From Candidatus Electronema halotolerans (GTDB lineage: Bacteria; Desulfobacterota; Desulfobulbia; Desulfobulbales; Desulfobulbaceae), in contig OW818675.1 in assembly GCA_942493095.1 (NCBI GenBank), forward strand, positions 1,710,001 through 1,742,000: a DNA stretch of 32,000 nucleotides, written 5' to 3'. The notes below the pieces were generated by a model, which saw only the letters and a program-made list of their open reading frames with translations, was not told the origin of the DNA and did not search any database. Positions 26,696-32,000 of the stretch are shown one piece after another. A program made the position numbers and the translations under genes. The number at the start of each line of letters is the position of its first letter. Position 1 is the stretch's first letter.

Positions 26696-28611
26696 GACAT
26701 GCCTCCTTGCAGGCCCAGCCCGGCCCGGCGTTCGTCGATCACTGCCAGCAACGCCTCGGCAGCCTTGTTCGGATCCGGCTCCACAATGAAATAGCCGCCC
26801 AGCAGCTCCTTGACCGTGGAGGTCAGCACTTCCGTGACCAGCGCACTGCCGAGAACTGGCGGTACTACACCAAGATGGGTTGGCAAACCGCCTGCCACAG
26901 CCCAAGTGCCGATAGCCACCGCCTTTTCCGTGACCGCTTCCGGGGCGGAGGCCACCACCGGCAATTGGCTCAGATCCACACCCAGCTTGTTGGCCACTGC
27001 AACTGCCACATCAACCGCTCTGGGGTTATCTACGCAGGAACCAAGATGCAAAACCGGCGGCAGCGGCCCGCCCAATCCAGCAGCTTCACCAATAGCGGTG
27101 AGCACTGCGGCCAAACCTTTGCCGGCATATTTGGTCGTGGCCTCAGAAGTCATGAAGCCGTGCCGGGCATACGTTGAGGAAGCGCAGCCTGTGGCGAGAA
27201 TGAGGACATTCTCAGCCAGCAGCCGCTTTACCATTTCCACATAGTTATGATCCTGCGGCACCTTGACTGTGTTGCAGCCAGCAAAGAGACATAAGCCCCG
27301 GATATGCCCGGACACGATGCTGTCGATCAGCGGCTTGAGCGGGTCTTCGGCATTGACCTTGGCCAGCGCGCCGACAATCGCCTCTGCCGAGAAACCGGCA
27401 ATCGCGGTTGAGACCTCCTGCGGAATACAGACCTTGTCTTTGTTGCGTATTTTGAAGCGTTCAATGCCTTGACGGAGGATGGCTCGGGCGCATTCCGCCG
27501 CGTTCTCATCCGCAAACGGGACATGCTCCGCACCCGGCATCTTGGCAATCGGCATGGTGGTGATGACCTTGGTGTGGAAGCACTCGGCTGCCGTGGCCAC
27601 CGCTGGCATGATGCACTGATAGTCAACCACCATCGCGTCAATCGCCCCGGTCATGATTGCAACCTCTTGGGAAATCGAGCTGGTGGCTAACGGAATGCCG
27701 TGCCGCATCATGACTTCGTTGCCAGTGCAGCAGATGCCGACCACGTTCAAGCCGCCGCTTGCGCCTGCCGCCTCAGCCTCGGCAATCAGCTCCGGCTCAG
27801 AAGCAACCTGGGCAATAATGTCGCTGAGAAGCGGATTATGGCCGTGCAGGGCGATGTTGACCGCATCCTCCTTGAGCACGCCGAGATTGGCCTTGCTGAC
27901 CACAGGCTGCGGGGTGCCGAAGAGAATGTCGGACAGATCAGTGGCGATATGGCAGGCCGTGTAGTCAGCCACTGCGCATTTGAGCGCACCGAGGAGGATG
28001 TTGACCGGGTCGGCGTCCACGCCGTAGGTAGTGCGGTGCATAACCTCGGCAATGGAGCCGTCAATACTGGTCGGGACTATGCCCAGCTTGCTGAAGGTCT
28101 CCACCCGGCCTGCGGTGACAGTCGTTGCAGCCCACGTCAAAGCCTCACCTTTGTCGCCGAACTCAGATAGAGCCGTTTCAACTAAATCTTGAGCAATTTC
28201 CTTCACGGAACGGCCTTCCACAGCAATACCGCAACGGGCTGCCACCGCCTTGAGCTTGCCCTCGTCCTTGATGGCGTAGTCCGGGGTTTTGCCAGCCAAC
28301 ATTTTCTTGAGTACGTGGGCGACATGCAGGGCATGGCCGCTGTGCGAGGCCGCTCCTCCTGCCACAGCCCGCGCCACGCCGCGTGCGACAATCGTATCCG
28401 CTGTTGCCCCGCAGATACCGCGAGTCGGGCCTTCGCCAAAGGGGTCAATGCGGCAGGGGCCTTGCATGCAGTGGCGGCAGCAGACTCCCAGCTCACCAAA
28501 GCCGCATTGCGGCTGCTGGGCCTCGTATCTGTCCCAAGCGGTCTGGACTTTCGGGCCGCCTTTGTGCTGGGCCAGCACTTCAAGGACTGCTTTATCGGTC
28601 GATTGCTTCAT
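26686..28611 (-). CDS. cooS: Anaerobic carbon-monoxide dehydrogenase catalytic subunit
   Basis: CGFGELGVCCRHCMQGPCRIDPFGEGPTRGICGATADTIVARG, GICCTGNEVMMRHG, VLHLGSCVDNPRAVDVA; 641 aa. Confidence 0.95.
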   Translation of the reverse strand: MKQSTDKAVLEVLAQHKGGPKVQTAWDRYEAQQPQCGFGELGVCCRHCMQGPCRIDPFGEGPTRGICGATADTIVARGVARAVAGGAASHSGHALHVAHVLKKMLAGKTPDYAIKDEGKLKAVAARCGIAVEGRSVKEIAQDLVETALSEFGDKGEALTWAATTVTAGRVETFSKLGIVPTSIDGSIAEVMHRTTYGVDADPVNILLGALKCAVADYTACHIATDLSDILFGTPQPVVSKANLGVLKEDAVNIALHGHNPLLSDIIAQVASEPELIAEAEAAGASGGLNVVGICCTGNEVMMRHGIPLATSSISQEVAIMTGAIDAMVVDYQCIMPAVATAAECFHTKVITTMPIAKMPGAEHVPFADENAAECARAILRQGIERFKIRNKDKVCIPQEVSTAIAGFSAEAIVGALAKVNAEDPLKPLIDSIVSGHIRGLCLFAGCNTVKVPQDHNYVEMVKRLLAENVLILATGCASSTYARHGFMTSEATTKYAGKGLAAVLTAIGEAAGLGGPLPPVLHLGSCVDNPRAVDVAVAVANKLGVDLSQLPVVASAPEAVTEKAVAIGTWAVAGGLPTHLGVVPPVLGSALVTEVLTSTVKELLGGYFIVEPDPNKAAEALLAVIDERRAGLGLQGGMSCN

Positions 28612-28789
28612 TATTTGTCCTCCTCAATGATATTTGCAGATTCACGTTCCAGTTGACTGGCTGTCAAGAATAGCTTTTTTGGCCGCTTGAAACCAAGATT
28701 TTTTTGGCCGGTTGTTGCGTTTTTTCATGAGGAATGTCCTTGCCAAGGGCCGTCGCTCCAGATGACAAAAATACAGCCAGCTGCGATTT

Positions 28790-28805
28790 TGTTATTTAAT
28801 CGACA
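28790..28805 (+). promoter_or_regulatory. Candidate NifA upstream activator sequence, TGT-N10-ACA
   Basis: TGT TATTTAATCG ACA matches the canonical spacing, about 90-105 bp upstream of a -24/-12 promoter and divergent from cooS. Confidence 0.6.
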
Positions 28806-28892
28806 AAAATGAACAAGACGATACATTTGCCACATCGCTGCCGCGCTTAGTGCAGCAATATGTTTTTATTTAAATAATACCGAATTTATTCT

Positions 28893-28909
28893 TTGGCACA
28901 GCTCTTGCT
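28893..28909 (+). promoter_or_regulatory. Sigma-54 (-24/-12) promoter upstream of nifE
   Basis: TTGGCACAGCTCTTGCT: GG-N10-GC spacing, TTGGCAC and TTGCT both matching consensus; 50 bp before the nifE ATG. Confidence 0.85.
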
Positions 28910-28958
28910 GCAAGCAGGATGACAGCCATCCTCACCTTTTTCTTTGCAGGGAGCAATC

Positions 28959-30326
28959 ATGGGCGAAGCAGTGCTGAAAGAACGGGAAGATCAGATTTAT
29001 GTCAAGGGTGAGAAACCCTTCAAGATCGTCTGCAACAAGGACAGCTTGGCCGGAGCGGTCAGCCAGCGGGCCTGCGTCTTCTGCGGCTCGCGGGTGGTGC
29101 TCTATCCGATTGCCGATGCCCTGCATCTGGTGCATGGCCCCATCGGCTGCGCGGTTTATACATGGGACATTCGCGGCGCACTCTCCTCTGGGCCGGAATT
29201 GCACCGGCTCTCTTTTTCCACCGACTTGCAGGAGCGGGATGTCATTTTCGGCGGGGAAAAGAAGCTGCGCAATGCCCTGCTGGAGCTGATCGAACGCCAC
29301 AGCCCCAAGGCCGCCTTTGTTTATTCAACCTGCATAGTCGGCATCATCGGCGATGACTTGGAAGCGGTCTGCAAGAGCGTGGCTGCCGAGACTGGCATCC
29401 CAGTCATTCCGGTGCAGTCCGAGGGGTTCAAGGGCAACAAGCGGGCAGGCTATCAGGCGGCTTGCGAGGCCATGTTCCGCCTGATCGGCACCGGTGACAC
29501 CGCAGGCCTCTCCAAGTTTTCGCTCAATATTCTTGGCGACTTCAACTTGGCCGGAGAAATCTGGATGGTGCGCGAATACTACGAGCGCATGGGCGTGCAA
29601 GTGGTGGCCAACATCACTGGCGATGGCCGCGTTGCTGACATCTGCCGGGCGCACGGCGCAGCCCTGAACGTTGTCCAGTGCTCCGGTTCGACCATGCAGC
29701 TTGCTAACATGATGGAGGAAAAATACGAAACCCCATCGCTGCGGGTTTCTTATTTCGGTATTGAGGACATGTCAGAGGCCCTGTACGACATTGCCCGCTT
29801 CTTCCAGAAGAAATACCCGGACGATCCCGAAGCGGACCGGATCATGGAGCGGACCAAGGTCTTGGTGCAGGAAAAAGTGCGCGACTTGGTGCCCAAACTG
29901 GAGCCGTACCGCAAGGCTTTAGCCGGGAAGAAGGCGGCAATTTACGTGGGCGGCTCGTTCAAGGCCTTCTCGTTAGTCAAAGCCTTCCGGCTGGTGGATA
30001 TGGATGTGGTCATGGTCGGCTCGCAGACCGGCACTGAGGAGGACTACCGCGAGCTGGAGGCGATCACTGATCCGGGCACAGTCATTGTCGATGATGCCAA
30101 CCCGCTGGAGCTGAACAGCTTTCTCAAGGAAAAAGGCGTGGATATCTTTGTCGGCGGAGTCAAGGAGCGGCCTATTGCCTACAAGCTGGGCATTGGCTTC
30201 TGCGACCACAACCATGAGCGCAAGGAGGCTCTGGCTGGCTTTGAGGGCATGCTCAACTTTGCCAAAGAGGTCTATTCCTCGGTCATGAGTCCGGTCTGGC
30301 GGTTTGTGCCGAGGAAGACAGCCTGA
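28959..30326 (+). CDS. nifE: Nitrogenase iron-molybdenum cofactor biosynthesis protein NifE
   Basis: CVFCGSRVVLYPIADALHLVHGPIGCAVYTWDIRGALSSGPELHRLSFSTDLQERDVIFGGEKKL... and VYSTCIVGIIGDDLEAVCK; 455 aa from ATG 28959. Confidence 0.9.
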   Translation: MGEAVLKEREDQIYVKGEKPFKIVCNKDSLAGAVSQRACVFCGSRVVLYPIADALHLVHGPIGCAVYTWDIRGALSSGPELHRLSFSTDLQERDVIFGGEKKLRNALLELIERHSPKAAFVYSTCIVGIIGDDLEAVCKSVAAETGIPVIPVQSEGFKGNKRAGYQAACEAMFRLIGTGDTAGLSKFSLNILGDFNLAGEIWMVREYYERMGVQVVANITGDGRVADICRAHGAALNVVQCSGSTMQLANMMEEKYETPSLRVSYFGIEDMSEALYDIARFFQKKYPDDPEADRIMERTKVLVQEKVRDLVPKLEPYRKALAGKKAAIYVGGSFKAFSLVKAFRLVDMDVVMVGSQTGTEEDYRELEAITDPGTVIVDDANPLELNSFLKEKGVDIFVGGVKERPIAYKLGIGFCDHNHERKEALAGFEGMLNFAKEVYSSVMSPVWRFVPRKTA

Positions 30327-30339
30327 GCGGCCTGACTAT

Positions 30340-32000
30340 TCAAAAGGCAGGCTGTGCTCTTCCGCACTCCAGAACCCTGCCGTCTGTTGCGCACTGCGCT
30401 GCTCCCTGTTCTCTGGTGATCCAGACCGCAATATGCCGCTCCTGCCAGAGGGCAAGATTTGTCGCTGCCGGGAAATGCTCCTGCCGATACCCTGTTCCGG
30501 CGGAAACCACAATCAGCTCTGGTCTGACCGCTGCCAGAAACGCTTCGCTGTTTGAGGTGCTGCTGCCATGATGCGCGGCCAGAAGCATATCCGCCTGCAA
30601 GTCCTCGTTTTTTTGGATAAGCAGTTGTTCGCTGCGCTTGCCGATGTCGCCGGGCAGGAGAAAAGCCCGTTGCCCGTGCTGATAACGAAGCACCAGCGAG
30701 GCATCGTTGACATCCCCTCCCGGAGCTGCGCCGTGCAGGACGGTCAGAGCAAAGTCCTTGCCCTGCGCCAGCCGTTGTTTGTTCTCAGGAATCAGCACGC
30801 GGATGCCCTGCCCTGCTGCCTGATCAAGAATCTGCTGATAATTCCCCTCCCGGTGCGCGTCACCGTTAATCCAGAGCTGCTTGGGCCGGAAATGGCAAAG
30901 GATGAAGTCCATGCCGCTGAAATGGTCGCTGTGCGGATGGCTGATCACGGCCTGATCCAGCCGCCAGATGCGCTGGCTCCAGAGATACGGCCCGATGACC
31001 TGCTCGCCGATTTTGGCCGCTGTGCTGCCGCCGTCGGCAAGAATACGGGTGCCGTCCGGCAAATGGAGAAATGCCGATGAGCCTTGGCCGATATCCAAGA
31101 TTGTGACCTGACTGCGGCCCGGTCGTTCTGGCAGCCAGAGTCCCCACGTAAAATGGAGAACAAGGAGGGCTGCGCCGAGCAGCGCGGTTTTGCGACGATG
31201 CAGCGTCCAGAGCAGGAGCAGCAGGAAATACGCAAGAATTTCCCAACTGCTGGGCCTGATTGTCCAGACCGAAGCCCACGGCAGGGCGGCTCCTTGGCCA
31301 ACGCACCATTGCCCGGCTGCAAGACCGAGGCTGCCGATCTTGAGCAGCACGATGGCGAGCGGCGGAGAGATGAAAATGCAGGGAATGGCTGCCAAGCCCC
31401 ACGGCAAGGCCCAGAAGCAAAGCAGCGGCTCGATCAGCAGGTTCAGCAGCGGGCTGATCAGCGAAATGCGGTGGAAATGGAAGAGCATCAGCGGCAGGGT
31501 GCCCAAGGTTGCGGCAATGGAGGCCATGAATAGCGGCACCAGCCAGCGGGCAATAATGCCTTTTTTCTCTTCCGAATCTGGCGGCAGAATCTGGGGCAGG
31601 AAGAGAATCAAAGCGGCGACTGCACTGAAAGAGAGCTGAAACGAGGCCGTGAACAGGGTCAGCGGATTGCTGGCTAAAACCAGCAGGGCGGCGGCAGCAA
31701 GCAGGTGCAGCAGGTTGTGCTGGCGGCGGAGCAGCGCAGCGGCAAGGAGAATCGCGGCCATGACCACCGCCCGCAGCACCGGCGTGTTCATCCCGGCAAT
31801 CAGGGCGTAGGTGAAGAGCAGCGGCAGGGTGCCCAGCAGGGCCAAGCTCGGCAGATGGCTGTGCAGGAGCAGCCAGCGCGACCGTCCCAAGAGCCAGCGG
31901 AGCAGTGTGGCGGCCAGCAGGGCGAGCAGGCCGACATGCAGGCCGGAAATCGCCAAGATGTGCATGGTGCCGGTGGCCTTGAACTGCTCCAGCAGTTCCG
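30340..32000 (-). CDS. comEC: ComEC/Rec2-family DNA internalization protein with C-terminal MBL domain, truncated by the window end
   Basis: FKATGTMHILAISGLHVGLLALL motif, then TILDIGQGSSAFLHLPDGTRILADGG and ISHPHSDHFSGMDF metallo-beta-lactamase motifs; the frame stays open to 32000. Confidence 0.92.
   Translation of the reverse strand, partial: ELLEQFKATGTMHILAISGLHVGLLALLAATLLRWLLGRSRWLLLHSHLPSLALLGTLPLLFTYALIAGMNTPVLRAVVMAAILLAAALLRRQHNLLHLLAAAALLVLASNPLTLFTASFQLSFSAVAALILFLPQILPPDSEEKKGIIARWLVPLFMASIAATLGTLPLMLFHFHRISLISPLLNLLIEPLLCFWALPWGLAAIPCIFISPPLAIVLLKIGSLGLAAGQWCVGQGAALPWASVWTIRPSSWEILAYFLLLLLWTLHRRKTALLGAALLVLHFTWGLWLPERPGRSQVTILDIGQGSSAFLHLPDGTRILADGGSTAAKIGEQVIGPYLWSQRIWRLDQAVISHPHSDHFSGMDFILCHFRPKQLWINGDAHREGNYQQILDQAAGQGIRVLIPENKQRLAQGKDFALTVLHGAAPGGDVNDASLVLRYQHGQRAFLLPGDIGKRSEQLLIQKNEDLQADMLLAAHHGSSTSNSEAFLAAVRPELIVVSAGTGYRQEHFPAATNLALWQERHIAVWITREQGAAQCATDGRVLECGRAQPAF

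Overview
This is a GC-rich chromosomal window whose gene content looks like a sulfate-reducing or anaerobic Desulfobacterota (inference from CooS/CooF, NifE and DUF1538; no taxonomy search was run). Left to right it carries: a cbiQ/cbiO ECF-transporter end; a minus-strand block with a P-II-like protein, two tandem DUF1538 membrane proteins, an SGNH-like membrane-anchored protein and a fused radical-SAM/DUF2344 protein; murJ; and recB. Next comes a surface-protein region. It holds a beta-helix 'choice-of-anchor' gene cut by a 1,045-bp IS630-family element (TA target duplication, A9 frameshift window), a decayed second copy of the recB 5' end, and an HExxH metalloprotease. This is followed by an SPFH/zinc-ribbon cluster, serS, tatC, DUF523, an ftsB-like gene, a divergent uracil-DNA glycosylase-like gene and a histidine phosphatase. 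The window ends with cooF/cooS (carbon monoxide dehydrogenase), a stand-alone nifE preceded by a NifA-type UAS and a -24/-12 promoter, and a partial comEC. I did not find a clearly new defence system or CRISPR array. The strongest second-look items are the solitary nifE with its nitrogen-type promoter beside CODH, the base-exact IS630 interruption, the 98-bp register-perfect imperfect palindrome at 12611-12708, the recB 5' fragment at 15677-15764, the P-II/DUF1538 pair and the atypical UDG-like protein.
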